A stretch of 64,000 nt of DNA from an uncultured Thermotogae bacterium (GCA_964547105.1 CAZJLO010000001.1:73134-137133), one strand, 5' to 3'. Counted from the first letter of the stretch, positions 39,372-49,696 are shown. The notes: a model not told the origin generated them from the letters alone. Numbers and translations: made by a program.

Positions 39372-40997
39372 TCATCGCCGATCCCACCCCTCCCATTCGC
39401 GCCGTTTCAACTCGGCACGGCGGATTTTCCCGCTCGTTGTCTTGGGAAGCTCGGTGACATACTCGATTTCTCGCGGATACTTGTACGGAGCGGTGACCGC
39501 TTTCACATGATCTTGCAGTTCCTTGGTGAGATCCTCCGACGCGGCGACTCCTTCGGCAAGGATGACATACGCCTTGACGATTTCTCCGCGATCTCGGTGC
39601 GGAGCGGCCACAGCGGCCGCCTCGACCACGGCACGGTGACTGACGAGCGCGTCCTCGACCTCGAACGGGCCGATCCGGTATCCTGAAGTGAGAATCACGT
39701 CATCCGCGCGACCTTCGAAGAACAGATAGCCGTCCTCATCCACCCGGGCTAGATCCCCAGTGCGGTACCATCCACCGGAAAATGCTTCCAGATCGAGTTC
39801 GGGCGCCTTCCAATACCCGTCGAAGATCGCCGGATTGTCGGGACGCACCGCAATCTCTCCGATCCCTCCACGTGCCACCTGATTTCCTTGTTCATCGATC
39901 AACGTCACACCAGGGCCGGGCGTCGGAAGTCCCATAGCCCCGGGTTTCACCGGCAATCCGGGAATGTTGCAGACAAGACAAACGCTCTCGGTCTGTCCGT
40001 ATCCGTCTCGAATCGTCACGCCAAAGGCCCGCTTGAACGCTTCAATCGGCTCGACATTCAGGGGTTCGCCGGCAGAAAGCGCGTCCTCCAGAACAACGTC
40101 GTATTTCGCCATGTCCGGAAGCTGGGCGAACAAGCGGTACTCCGTCGGTGTCGCGCAGAGTTTGGTCACCTTGTATTTCTCGAGAAGTTGCAGATAGCGT
40201 TCGCCATCAAACCGGCCGTTGTACATGAGCTGCGCGGCACCTGAGGTGAGAGAAACCCCGATCGGACTCCAATACCACTTTGCCCAACCCGGTGCCGTCG
40301 TTGCCCAGATGACGTCGTTCTCATGAGCATCGTACCAGTAGCGCGCCGTGATCCGATGATGGCAGTACATCCAGCGATGTTTGTGAACGACCGGTTTGGG
40401 ATTCCCTGTCGTTCCGCTGGTAAAGTTGATCGTCATCGGGTCGGACGCCGTCAACGGGACCTTCGGCTCGTCAGCCGGCGCCGCCTTCACCAGATCTTCG
40501 AACCGCAGCCATCCTTCCCGGGGCGCATCGCTCCCAATCAGCACAAACGTCTCCAGCGGGCAATCTCCCCTTGCCGCCTCCACCGTCTCCACCGTTGAAA
40601 CATCGGCGACAATCAGCTTGGCGCCGCTCGCCGAAGAGCGATAAGCGATCTCCTTGGCCTTCAGCATCTCGGAGCACGGGACAGCGACACCGCCCGCAAC
40701 AAATGTCCCCAATTGCGCCATGTGCGCTTCAGGGAGCCGTGGCAGTACATGGAGCACGGGGTCTCCCTTGTTCAGCCCAAGCGCAATCAGCGCCGAACCG
40801 AACCGCCGGGTCCCGTCAACCAGTTCCGCGTACGTGACTTGCCGTTCGTTTCCGGAAGCATCTTCCCAAAATACGGCAACCTTCTCTGGATTCCTTGCAG
40901 CGTGCCCCTCCACCACATCAACGATGTTGTAGTCCTGTGGGACGTTCCAGTGGAACTCCGCCAGTTCCCTTTCGTAGTCCGCGCGGGTGTATCGCAT
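39372..40997 (-). CDS. AMP-forming acyl-CoA synthetase (medium/short-chain type)
   Basis: AMP-binding motif FTSGTTGNPKPVVHKH plus the YRTGDLARVDEDGYLFFEGRADD region. The internal Met MRYTRADYE is the preferred start. Confidence 0.85.
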   Translation of the reverse strand: MRYTRADYERELAEFHWNVPQDYNIVDVVEGHAARNPEKVAVFWEDASGNERQVTYAELVDGTRRFGSALIALGLNKGDPVLHVLPRLPEAHMAQLGTFVAGGVAVPCSEMLKAKEIAYRSSASGAKLIVADVSTVETVEAARGDCPLETFVLIGSDAPREGWLRFEDLVKAAPADEPKVPLTASDPMTINFTSGTTGNPKPVVHKHRWMYCHHRITARYWYDAHENDVIWATTAPGWAKWYWSPIGVSLTSGAAQLMYNGRFDGERYLQLLEKYKVTKLCATPTEYRLFAQLPDMAKYDVVLEDALSAGEPLNVEPIEAFKRAFGVTIRDGYGQTESVCLVCNIPGLPVKPGAMGLPTPGPGVTLIDEQGNQVARGGIGEIAVRPDNPAIFDGYWKAPELDLEAFSGGWYRTGDLARVDEDGYLFFEGRADDVILTSGYRIGPFEVEDALVSHRAVVEAAAVAAPHRDRGEIVKAYVILAEGVAASEDLTKELQDHVKAVTAPYKYPREIEYVTELPKTTSGKIRRAELKRREWEGWDRR

Positions 40998-41088
40998 CGT
41001 ATGGGATCCCCTTCCTGCCTTGAGTTTTGAAGTTAACCTCAGATCCTTATAGCATATCATCGAACTCGACGCCAGTGTAGGAGGAACC

Positions 41089-41907
41089 ATGAAGGCAGCC
41101 GTTGTACTGACACCGCCGATGTCGAAACGCCTCATTGCCCGCGGGGTCGCTCGGCACCCGATCGTATCTCAAGCCCTTGCACAAGGGAGAATCCTTGTGA
41201 CCCTCGGCACAACCAACGCCTACATCGCCGAAGAGCTTGCCGGACGCCCGATTGCCCGACAAGCATTCGCTGCCGGGTTTATCGACAATCGCTGGAATAT
41301 CAATGCGAAGCTCGGTTCGTCTCCAACCACTACGGCGACGAGCGGCGAAGACCTCCCTCTCGGCTACGGCGAGATCCTCATCGATCATGGAACGGCCGTG
41401 TCTCCCCCCCCCGATCCGGCCACGTTTCTGCAAACGCTGGGACATGCTCCTGGAGACGTCATCATCAAGGGAGGAAACGCTCTCGATCCGTTCGGAAACG
41501 TCGGCGTCTTGATGGGGCATCCCGGCGGGGGAACGGTGGGGAAGTACTATGCTCTCGCCCTGGCGCGAGGGATCCCTCTGTTGATCCCGATCAGCCTCGC
41601 CAAGATGATCTCAGGCTCCGTCCTCGACCTGGCACTGGAGATGGGACGGGCGAAACTGGATCGGGTGATGGGGCTCCCGTGCGGCTTGCTCCCAATCACG
41701 GGAACCACGATCACCGAGATCGAGGCAATAGAGCTTCTCTACGGAATCGAAGCATTTCACGTTGCCAGCGGCGGGGTGGGGCGGGGCGAGGGAAGCGTAT
41801 CCCTTCTGCTCAAAGGAGAGCAGGAATCTGTCGAGAAAGCGTTTGATGCGATTACCTCGCTTCAACAGCAAGAGGAATCCCCGATCATTCTCGAAGGCCG
41901 CGCTTGA
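41089..41907 (+). CDS. Hypothetical protein of 272 aa, first gene of a yigZ-ruvA-ruvX operon
   Basis: ATG preceded by AGGAGG. Its stop is adjacent to the yigZ start. No recognised family. Confidence 0.5.
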   Translation: MKAAVVLTPPMSKRLIARGVARHPIVSQALAQGRILVTLGTTNAYIAEELAGRPIARQAFAAGFIDNRWNINAKLGSSPTTTATSGEDLPLGYGEILIDHGTAVSPPPDPATFLQTLGHAPGDVIIKGGNALDPFGNVGVLMGHPGGGTVGKYYALALARGIPLLIPISLAKMISGSVLDLALEMGRAKLDRVMGLPCGLLPITGTTITEIEAIELLYGIEAFHVASGGVGRGEGSVSLLLKGEQESVEKAFDAITSLQQQEESPIILEGRA

Positions 41908-41908
41908 G

Positions 41909-42526
41909 ATGGGAGATTCCTATCGCACGATCAAAGGGGAGGCATCGGCACGTCTAAACCGTAACAAATCAAGATTCCTTGCGTTTGTTGTCCCGATATC
42001 GGATGTCGATGCCGCCGAGTCGTACCTTGCTGAGTTGCGTCGCCGCTATCACGATGCGACACACCATTGTTACGCCTTCCGCCTGCTGCAAGATGAGCAC
42101 CCCATTCCGGTCGAGACGTATGATGATGATCGCGAGCCGGCTGGATCGGCAGGATTGCCGATTCTCCAGCAGCTCCGGAAGCCGGATCTACAAGACGTGC
42201 TCGCAGTTGTCGTGCGCTACTTTGGCGGAGTAAAGCTGGGAATCGGCGGACTGGTTCGCGCGTATGGCGACGCGACGGATGCGGCGCTCGGATCAGCGAC
42301 GGTCACGATCGTACAGCGGCACACGGAAGTCGAGGTCCGGTTCCCTCCCCAGATGACATCGGGGATCATGTCGCTGGTTCATCGCACCGGAGCCAAGATT
42401 GTCGGGACATCGTACGATAAGATGTCGATCGTAACCGTGTCGCTTCCGCCGAGTCGCGTAGACGGCTTCGTCGGCGAGCTGAAGAACACGACTTCAGGTC
42501 AAGCGCAATGGGAGGTCAGGCGATGA
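41909..42526 (+). CDS. yigZ: IMPACT/YigZ-family (UPF0029) protein
   Basis: NKSRFLAFVVPI...HHCYAFRL...GSAGLPIL...LAVVVRYFGGVKLGIGGLVRAY are YigZ N-domain signatures. Confidence 0.75.
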   Translation: MGDSYRTIKGEASARLNRNKSRFLAFVVPISDVDAAESYLAELRRRYHDATHHCYAFRLLQDEHPIPVETYDDDREPAGSAGLPILQQLRKPDLQDVLAVVVRYFGGVKLGIGGLVRAYGDATDAALGSATVTIVQRHTEVEVRFPPQMTSGIMSLVHRTGAKIVGTSYDKMSIVTVSLPPSRVDGFVGELKNTTSGQAQWEVRR

Positions 42527-43104
42527 TCGACTCGATCAGCGGGCGCGTCGAACGGCGCGAGGGGGATCACATCGTCATCGACACGGGAGGTCTGGCATTC
42601 GCCGTGACCTGCCCCGCACGCGCCCTTGCCGCCTGGGAGATCGGCCGCCCGATCACCGCTTTCGTACACCTTGTTGTTCGAGATGATGCGATGGAGCTCT
42701 ACGGCTTCGCTTCGATCGCCGAGCGAAGCCTGTTTCGCGCGCTGATCTCGGTTTCTCAAGTGGGTCCGCGTCTTGCCGTTCAGGTTCTATCGAGTCTTTC
42801 CGAGCAGGACCTGGTTCGAGTGATTCGCGCCGGGGACATCGAGCGCCTGACAGCCGTCAAAGGAATCGGGCGCAAGACGGCGCAGCGACTCATCATCGAT
42901 CTGCGCGACAAGCTGACCGATGCCGCACCAATCGCCATCCTGTTCAACGACGTGGAGGAATCAGCCGTTCGCGCACTGACATCGAGATCGCTGGGATTTC
43001 CTCTTCGGGATGCACGTCATGCAGTGGATCAGCTTCGTGGGGAGAATCTTCCCCTCCAAGATCTGGTGCGGCGTGCGCTTGAGTTGCTCGGTGCAGGGGG
43101 ATGA
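42523..43104 (+). CDS. ruvA: Holliday junction branch-migration protein RuvA
   Basis: MIDSISGRVERREGDHIVIDTGGLAFAV is an OB-fold N-terminus. HhH motifs LTAVKGIGRKTAQRLI. About 194 aa. Confidence 0.8.
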   Translation: MIDSISGRVERREGDHIVIDTGGLAFAVTCPARALAAWEIGRPITAFVHLVVRDDAMELYGFASIAERSLFRALISVSQVGPRLAVQVLSSLSEQDLVRVIRAGDIERLTAVKGIGRKTAQRLIIDLRDKLTDAAPIAILFNDVEESAVRALTSRSLGFPLRDARHAVDQLRGENLPLQDLVRRALELLGAGG

Positions 43105-43529
43105 GGTACCTCGGCATTGACTACGGTCGAAAACGGATCGGCCTTGCGCTGAGCGATGAAGACGAGATCCTCGCCAGCCCTCTCCCGCTCTACGAGCGAA
43201 GCCAACCCGGAGCGGAACTGCAGTTCATTGACTCGCTCGCCAAACAGCACAACATCGGCGGGTTCGTGGTGGGCCTGCCCAAGAACATGGACGACTCGCT
43301 CGGTCCGATGGCCCAAGAAGTGATGCGGTTTGCGTCCGAGCTTCGCCAGATCGCCCAATGCCCAGTGATCATGATCGATGAGCGGGGAACGAGCGTCGAA
43401 GCGGAACAGATCCTCGTCATGGCGGATTGGTCGCGGAAGCGGCGGCGAAAAGTGCAAGACAGCGTCGCTGCCGTCTTGATCCTCCAGCGCTATCTTGATC
43501 AGCACCGACCTCCAAGATCCAAATCCTAG
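43101..43529 (+). CDS. ruvX: Holliday junction resolvase-like protein YqgF/RuvX
   Basis: [20 protein letters not shown]...[12 protein letters not shown] in a 142-aa protein. Confidence 0.85.
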   Translation: MRYLGIDYGRKRIGLALSDEDEILASPLPLYERSQPGAELQFIDSLAKQHNIGGFVVGLPKNMDDSLGPMAQEVMRFASELRQIAQCPVIMIDERGTSVEAEQILVMADWSRKRRRKVQDSVAAVLILQRYLDQHRPPRSKS

Positions 43530-44749
43530 CCGTCGTCGTTCTGATCGGGATTCCGATCCCGGGCTTGATCCTGATCCGGGATCTGGTCTTGGTCCTGGGT
43601 CTGGCTCCGATCGTGGTTCGATTTCGCAGCGGAATCGGTTGGCCGGGCAACCTTCGAGACAGCTTCGGCTTCAATCGCCGCCTCCAAGAAGCGGTCGATG
43701 TCGCCGTCAAGGACAGCGTCGACATTGGATGTCTCTTCTCCCGTACGGTGATCCTTCACAAGCTGGTAGGGATGAAGAACATACGATCGGATTTGGCTAC
43801 CCCATTCGATATCCATCTGCTTGCCCTGGAGCTGCTCCAGTTTCTCGGCCTTTTGCTGGCGCATCAGTTCGGCAAGCCGCGAGATCAAGACGCGCATCGC
43901 AACTTCCTTATTCTGGTGCTGACTACGTTCATTCTGGCAGGACACGACGATTCCCGTAGGCAAGTGGGTAATCCGAACCGCGGAATCGGTGACATTGACG
44001 TGTTGCCCACCCGCACCCGATGCTCGATACGTGTCGATCCGGAGTTCCTTGGAATCGACCTCGATTTCTTCCGTCTCGGTGACGGGAATGACGCCGACAG
44101 CAGCGAACGACGTATGCCGCCGGTTGGCGGAATCAAACGGAGAGATGCGGACCAGGCGATGGACGCCGCTCTCGTGCTTCAGATTCCCGTAGGCGTAAGC
44201 TCCGCTGATCTCAAGGGTCGCGCTTCGGATTCCCGCCGTATCCCCCGCGCTGACATCAAGCAGCGTGATCTTGACTCCGTTTCGCTCGCTCCAACGCGAG
44301 TACATTCGCAGCAACATCTCCGCCCAATCCTGCGAATCCGTCCCACCAGCACCGGCGTTGATCGAGAAGTAGCAGTCCGAAAGGTCGTATGGCCCCGAGT
44401 AGAGTGTCTCGATACGGAACTTCGACAATGCCCGCTCCGCATCCGCAAGGCGCGTCTCCAATCCGGCAAGCTCAGCCACATCCCCCACCTCGTTCGCCAT
44501 CTCGAACAACACGGACACTTCTTCGAGAATGGTCTCCAAGTTCCGGAACCGCTGCAGCAGCCTGCGAGATCGCTCCATCTTCCGCGCCGCTTCCTGAGAA
44601 CGAGCCCGATGCTCCCAGAAACCGGGTACCGACATCTCTATCTCGAGCTCAGCAATGCGGCGTTCAACTGCCTGAGGATCAAGCGATTCCTCAAGCTTGG
44701 CAAGTTCGTTCCCGAACTGCAGAATTCGTTCCTTATCCACAACCAACAC
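43526..44749 (-). CDS. prfB: Peptide chain release factor 2, single ORF without a programmed frameshift, with an acidic low-complexity C-terminal tail
   Basis: SPF tripeptide, the GGQ motif in [12 protein letters not shown], and [11 protein letters not shown]. The N-terminal region reads LEESLDPQ continuously, so there is no CTT TGA shift site. The tail is [25 protein letters not shown]. Confidence 0.85.
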   Translation of the reverse strand: MLVVDKERILQFGNELAKLEESLDPQAVERRIAELEIEMSVPGFWEHRARSQEAARKMERSRRLLQRFRNLETILEEVSVLFEMANEVGDVAELAGLETRLADAERALSKFRIETLYSGPYDLSDCYFSINAGAGGTDSQDWAEMLLRMYSRWSERNGVKITLLDVSAGDTAGIRSATLEISGAYAYGNLKHESGVHRLVRISPFDSANRRHTSFAAVGVIPVTETEEIEVDSKELRIDTYRASGAGGQHVNVTDSAVRITHLPTGIVVSCQNERSQHQNKEVAMRVLISRLAELMRQQKAEKLEQLQGKQMDIEWGSQIRSYVLHPYQLVKDHRTGEETSNVDAVLDGDIDRFLEAAIEAEAVSKVARPTDSAAKSNHDRSQTQDQDQIPDQDQARDRNPDQNDDG

Positions 44750-44896
44750 CTCTCAACAAGACGCAAACGATTGGGGAAGATGATTCCCAGTGCATCTCCC
44801 TTTATACGGACAACCGGGTGGCGACTCAAGCCGGCGTTGCCCGTCCGATCTCAATCGGCTACAGTGCCGCGAAGTCAAACAACCTTGGGAGTCCGC

Positions 44897-45778
44897 ATGA
44901 GCGAACCAGAAGGCCGACTGTACGTCGTGTCGCTTCCAATCGGAAACCTCGACGACATTTCATTGCGAGCCCTGCGCACCCTCCGCTCGGTCGACCTCGT
45001 CCTTGCGGAGGACACAAGAACGACATCTCGGGTGTTCGCCCGCTACGGGATTGGGACGAAGTTCGGAAAGAGCGTCTACCAAGGGGTAGAAGACGAACGC
45101 GTCGACGCCGCCATTTCCCTGCTTCGAGAAGGAAGGAAGATCGCCTTGGTTTCCGATGCCGGTACTCCGCTTGTCAGCGATCCCGGATTCCCGCTCGTCC
45201 GCGCCGCCATCGAAAATGGGATCCCGGTCGAGCCGGTGCCGGGAGCATCCGCTGTGCTCACCGCTCTCGTTGCCTCCGGCGCGCCTGTCCATCGTTTTGC
45301 ATTTGACGGCATGCTCCCCCGCAAGGCTTCGGCTCGCCGACTCTACTTCCAACGGATTGCCCGAGACGAACCCCGCACGGTGGTCGTCTACGAATCCCCG
45401 CATCGCCTCCTCGCTACGCTTGAAGACCTCGCTGCGCTGCTCCCCGAACGCTCCATCGTCCTGGCCAGGGAACTCACGAAACGGTACGAGGAGTTCTTGC
45501 GCGGACATCCCCATGTTCTGCTTGAAGAGCTTCAGGCCCGAGAGCGGATTCATGGGGAGTGGGTGATCATTCTGGAGCCGCCCGCGAAAGACCCTCACAG
45601 CAAGGAGCGGGATCCCCGAGTCGGCGACGATGCCGCCGTTGCGGAGCTTGTCGCCCTACTCCATGATGCCGGCATTCCAGCAAAGACATCTTGCCGTATT
45701 CTGAAATCAGCCTTCGGAATCCCTCGAAATGAAGCGTATCGGATGCTCGCCCCGTCCGATGCCGCTAATCGACACTAG
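44897..45778 (+). CDS. rsmI: 16S rRNA (cytidine1402-2'-O)-methyltransferase
   Basis: LYVVSLPIGNLDDISLRALRTL..LAEDTR...VSDAGTP. The upstream 1.3 kb of the 737-aa ORF on the track is antisense to prfB and is discarded. Confidence 0.85.
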   Translation: MSEPEGRLYVVSLPIGNLDDISLRALRTLRSVDLVLAEDTRTTSRVFARYGIGTKFGKSVYQGVEDERVDAAISLLREGRKIALVSDAGTPLVSDPGFPLVRAAIENGIPVEPVPGASAVLTALVASGAPVHRFAFDGMLPRKASARRLYFQRIARDEPRTVVVYESPHRLLATLEDLAALLPERSIVLARELTKRYEEFLRGHPHVLLEELQARERIHGEWVIILEPPAKDPHSKERDPRVGDDAAVAELVALLHDAGIPAKTSCRILKSAFGIPRNEAYRMLAPSDAANRH

Positions 45779-46251
45779 GTGTACTTGTCGGCGACCGACG
45801 TCGCCGCCACAGCATCGGGTTTGATCTTCACGTCAAAACCACTACCGACGATCATCCCCACAACTTCGTTGATCAGTTCTCTTGTGCTGCCGTTTTTCCC
45901 GATATCGACATGGATCTCAAGGTTGAATTGCAGCAAGGTGGAGGACGAAAGGGCACGAAGCAACCGCTGCGCCAGGTCAAAAGAGAGCAACGCTTCCCGC
46001 CAAATCCGATGACGGAGTGAAGGAAACTTGGGCTCTCGCTGCCGACTCCAGAAGTATCGTCCGCCCTTCCCTCGCTTATGCACGACAATCGCCCTGACAA
46101 AGTCGACACTGTCGCCACCGGTCGATGAATCGGTCCCGACAAACACGTCGTAGTCCGCACGAGGGTCACGATGCATCTCGCGCGCGATTTCCTTGACGAC
46201 CTCGCCGAATGTCAGCGTTCCGATATTTGGATTCACGAATTGTTCGGACAT
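45775..46251 (-). CDS. DUF458/YkuK-like (RNase H-like) family protein, tentative
   Basis: 158 aa containing VFVGTDS...VVHKRGKGGRYF. Confidence 0.5.
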   Translation of the reverse strand: MSEQFVNPNIGTLTFGEVVKEIAREMHRDPRADYDVFVGTDSSTGGDSVDFVRAIVVHKRGKGGRYFWSRQREPKFPSLRHRIWREALLSFDLAQRLLRALSSSTLLQFNLEIHVDIGKNGSTRELINEVVGMIVGSGFDVKIKPDAVAATSVADKYT

Positions 46252-46282
46252 TTTTCTATCATAGGGTCAATCCCGGACACGA

Positions 46283-47671
46283 TCAACTTTGGATGGCGGG
46301 CAATCTCACGCGAAAGCATGCCCCGGCTCCCGGAACATTCTCGGCGGTGATCGTGCCGCCGTGCGCCTCGACCCAGTGCCGGGCGATCGCCAGCCCGAGT
46401 CCACTTCCCCCGTGAGCGCGCGATCGAGCCCGATCTCCCCGATACAGCCGCTCGAAAATGTGCGGAAGATCTTCCTCGGGAATCCCCGGCCCGGAGTCGG
46501 TCACGGAGAATTCCACCTGGTCGGGGGTAATCCGCGTAAGGCGGATGTCAATCCGTCCATCCAACGGCGTGACGCGGACCGCGTTGCTGAGGAGGTTGAC
46601 AAGCACTTGACGGATTCTCTTGGAGTCGATTTTCACTTCGGGAAGCTTCGTGTTCCCGCTGACAAGGATGCGAGGTCCCTGATCGAGAGATCCGGAAACC
46701 GTTTCCGCCACCTGATCGACCAGCTCCCTCAGATCCGCCAGCTCGCACGAGATACTCAACTCGCCTGCCTCAGCCAGCGCAAGATCGCGAAGATCATCAA
46801 TCAGTTTCCCAACGTGCAAGGTTTCCTCATAGATCGGGGCAATCGCTTCAACGGTCGGTTCATAGATCCCGTCGAGGATTGCCTCCAGATTGCCCTGGAT
46901 GATGGTCACCGGCGTCCTAAGCTCATGCGCGATATCCGCTGTCATCGTCTGGCGGGCGTTTTCCGATCGATCAAGGTTCTCGATCATCCGATTGAATAAC
47001 ACGCCAAGCCGTCCGAACTCGTCCGTTGCACGCAGAGTGACCGGCTCGGGCAGCTCGCCGCGAGCGATTCTCTCGGTTGCCCTTGATAGGATCCGCAACG
47101 GCGAAAGGACTTGCGAAATCAGCACAAGCGCGATCAGCAACGCCATCCCGGAGGAAATCCCTCCTCCGAGAAGCGCCGATCGCCGTGCCGAGGCGACAAA
47201 CTGCTCTTCCGCCGGATCAAGGAGCGTCCCCAGCTCCCCGAGAGAGAGAACGCCGACCTGATGTCCGTCCACCTCAATCGGAATCGCGCCATGAGTCTCT
47301 TCGGCGCTGAGAAGCGTCCCCAACCGGGCTGAGTCGGTGGAAATGAACACGACTCCTTCTTCGTTGGTCAGCGAGAACGATCCGGGAATGATGCTGATCT
47401 CCTGGACATCGATAATCTGCCCGTTCGCCCGTATGTTGACCGTTGTTTTCAGCCGGGCATCGACCCCGACCCAGCTTCCATAGAGACGGTAGTGCTCGGC
47501 GAGAATCGCGCAGACTTCCTCCGCAACCTGCATCTTGTCATGTTCGCGAAACTCGGCAAACTGCACCGAGATGGATCGAAGGTTGAAGAAATACGCAGTT
47601 GCAACGGAAACAAGGATAACAAGCACAAACGACAATCCTAGCTTGAGGGCAAACGGAAACGTCCGACGCAT
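46283..47671 (-). CDS. Sensor histidine kinase (HAMP-HisKA-HATPase)
   Basis: H-box DIAHELRTPVT; N box LLSNAVRVT; TDSGPGIP and GGSGLGLAIAR motifs. Two TM segments. Confidence 0.85.
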   Translation of the reverse strand: MRRTFPFALKLGLSFVLVILVSVATAYFFNLRSISVQFAEFREHDKMQVAEEVCAILAEHYRLYGSWVGVDARLKTTVNIRANGQIIDVQEISIIPGSFSLTNEEGVVFISTDSARLGTLLSAEETHGAIPIEVDGHQVGVLSLGELGTLLDPAEEQFVASARRSALLGGGISSGMALLIALVLISQVLSPLRILSRATERIARGELPEPVTLRATDEFGRLGVLFNRMIENLDRSENARQTMTADIAHELRTPVTIIQGNLEAILDGIYEPTVEAIAPIYEETLHVGKLIDDLRDLALAEAGELSISCELADLRELVDQVAETVSGSLDQGPRILVSGNTKLPEVKIDSKRIRQVLVNLLSNAVRVTPLDGRIDIRLTRITPDQVEFSVTDSGPGIPEEDLPHIFERLYRGDRARSRAHGGSGLGLAIARHWVEAHGGTITAENVPGAGACFRVRLPAIQS

Positions 47672-47674
47672 CGA

Positions 47675-48358
47675 TCAGCTCTCCCGCGAGAAGCGATAGC
47701 CAACGCCGTGAACGGTTTGAATGAAGCGGGGCTGTTTGGGATCGGGCTCGATTTTCCTCCGCAGATTCTTGACGTGCGTATCGATTGTCCGCGCAAACGC
47801 ATCGTACGTGTATCCTTGCACCTCACGAAGCAATTGCAGCCTGGTAAACACCTGTCCCGGATGCCGAGCCAAGTAGGCAAGAAGATCGAATTCGGTCGGC
47901 GTCAACTCAACCAACCGTCCATCCACATCCACTTCTCTGGTCTTGAGGTCGATTTGAAGGCTCCCAATGACGATTTTCTCTTCCTCCGCCCCGGCTCCAT
48001 CAAGACGCCGAAGAACGGCGCGAATCCTCGCCACAAGCTCGCGAGGGCTGAACGGTTTCACGACGTAGTCATCCGCTCCCAGCTCAAGGCCGACAACACG
48101 ATCCGCCTCGGCTGCTTTCGCCGTCAGCATGATGATCGGAACCCTCGACGTCGATCTGATCCGGCGCGTCACCTCAAGGCCACTCAGCTTAGGAAGCATC
48201 AGATCAAGCACAATAAGGTCCGGCCCCTTCTCCTCAAACGACCGGATTGCCTCCTCGCCGTCAGCCGCCGTGTATGTCTTGAATCCCTCGCGGTCCAAGT
48301 ACGCCTTGACAGTGCGGACGATCATTTCTTCATCGTCGACGATGAGAACTCTTTTCAT
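47675..48358 (-). CDS. OmpR-family response regulator
   Basis: REC domain (LIVDDEEM...LIVLDLMLP) plus a winged-helix domain (VHGVGYRF). Confidence 0.9.
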   Translation of the reverse strand: MKRVLIVDDEEMIVRTVKAYLDREGFKTYTAADGEEAIRSFEEKGPDLIVLDLMLPKLSGLEVTRRIRSTSRVPIIMLTAKAAEADRVVGLELGADDYVVKPFSPRELVARIRAVLRRLDGAGAEEEKIVIGSLQIDLKTREVDVDGRLVELTPTEFDLLAYLARHPGQVFTRLQLLREVQGYTYDAFARTIDTHVKNLRRKIEPDPKQPRFIQTVHGVGYRFSRES

Positions 48359-48490
48359 AACTCCCCATTATAGAGATCTACGCCGCCGACGTCTCGGACC
48401 CGCACGTCCCGACGCGCCTTCATCCCGGATCAGCCGATGCTCTAAGGCTCCATCACGATGAGCCATCATATTCCACGATAGTCGGAAGGC

Positions 48491-49696
48491 GTGAAGAGCA
48501 TGTGGCGATTTGATGGGCAGGCGATGACCGATGATCGGTCGTTGCCTGTCCGAGGCCGCTCAACTACCATAGTTGATGAAACGACATTGGGCTTGGCAAG
48601 CGAGAGCGGAAAAGGAGACCCATTGAAGCGAATCCTCATTGTGTCCACCGAGGCGAATTCCGGGAAGAGCGTGCTGGCGTTGAGCATCGGCAGGTGGCTC
48701 AGGATGCAGGGGATGTCCTTTGCCTACATGAAGCCGATTAGCTACGAAGTCACCTACACATCCGGAGCGCCGCTTGACCGAGACGCGATGGCGATTCGTA
48801 CGCTTCTTGGTTTGCAGGACAACCTCGCCGACATCGCACCTGTTCCGCTTGAAGGTCCGTTTCTTCGCGAGGCAATCGAATCCGGCGACCGGGGTTTTCG
48901 ACAACGAATCACTGACTCGTTCCGTAGAATCACGGCCGATCGCGACGTGGCCCTGATCGAGGGGCGCCACTATCTCGGACTGGGGCTCGGTGCCGGTCTC
49001 AGCGATCTCGACCTCTCCGAACTGCTGGATGCGGATGTCGTCCTGCTGACCCGGTTTGACAGTGAGGAGGCCATCGATCGAATTCTATGTGCCGTTCGGC
49101 TTCTGCTGCCGGAGTCGAATCTGCTGGGGGTCGTCCTGAAAGAGGTCGCTCTCAATGCTCAGCTCGAGGTGGTGAACGAAGTGTTTGTTCCGTTTCTCGC
49201 AGATCGAGGAGCGGAAGTCCTCGGCATCCTCCCCTACGATGTACGGCTGCGATCCGTCCGCGTTCAAGAGATTGCCACGCGCCTCGCCGGAACCATCCTC
49301 ACCCACGTGCCACTGGACCAAGCGGTGAGCCACTTCGTGGTCGGCGCATCAAACCCCGATACGGCACTGCGCCAATTCCGCCGGACTCCCGAACTAGGGG
49401 TGATCACCAGCGGAGATCGTCCCGATCTTCACGAAGCGGCGATGCGGGTTCCAGGGCTCCGATTGTTGATCCTCACGGAGAATCGCCGCCCGCCCCAATC
49501 GACAATCGACGAAGCCAATCAACGCGCTGTTCCCGTTCTGCTCGCCGGTCAAACGACCCTCGCCGTGGCATCCCTCTGCCAGAGCCTGCTTGATCGAACG
49601 TGGATCAAGCCGGGGGAGATTCTCGAGTATGCGATCGAGTCGTTCTTGTCCAATGTGGATATCGAGAGGTTGGTTGAGAAGGCCGTCGACCGCTAG
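48491..49696 (+). CDS. Phosphotransacetylase N-terminal-domain-like protein (BioD-like P-loop plus DRTGG domain), lacking the catalytic Pta domain
   Basis: ILIVSTEANSGKSVLALSIGRWL is a CobQ/BioD-like P-loop. ITSGDRPDL matches the DRTGG motif. The first codon is GTG and the start is uncertain. Confidence 0.55.
   Translation: MKSMWRFDGQAMTDDRSLPVRGRSTTIVDETTLGLASESGKGDPLKRILIVSTEANSGKSVLALSIGRWLRMQGMSFAYMKPISYEVTYTSGAPLDRDAMAIRTLLGLQDNLADIAPVPLEGPFLREAIESGDRGFRQRITDSFRRITADRDVALIEGRHYLGLGLGAGLSDLDLSELLDADVVLLTRFDSEEAIDRILCAVRLLLPESNLLGVVLKEVALNAQLEVVNEVFVPFLADRGAEVLGILPYDVRLRSVRVQEIATRLAGTILTHVPLDQAVSHFVVGASNPDTALRQFRRTPELGVITSGDRPDLHEAAMRVPGLRLLILTENRRPPQSTIDEANQRAVPVLLAGQTTLAVASLCQSLLDRTWIKPGEILEYAIESFLSNVDIERLVEKAVDR

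Noticed and set aside
44650-44749. Programmed +1 frameshift site in prfB
   Set aside because: The region reads CTT GAT (L D) in frame with no internal TGA. The ORF is continuous from its start codon.
43565-44896. Upstream 1.3 kb of the 737-aa plus-strand ORF that ends as rsmI
   Set aside because: Antisense to prfB (GGQ motif gene). Only the segment from the ATG at 44897 matches RsmI.
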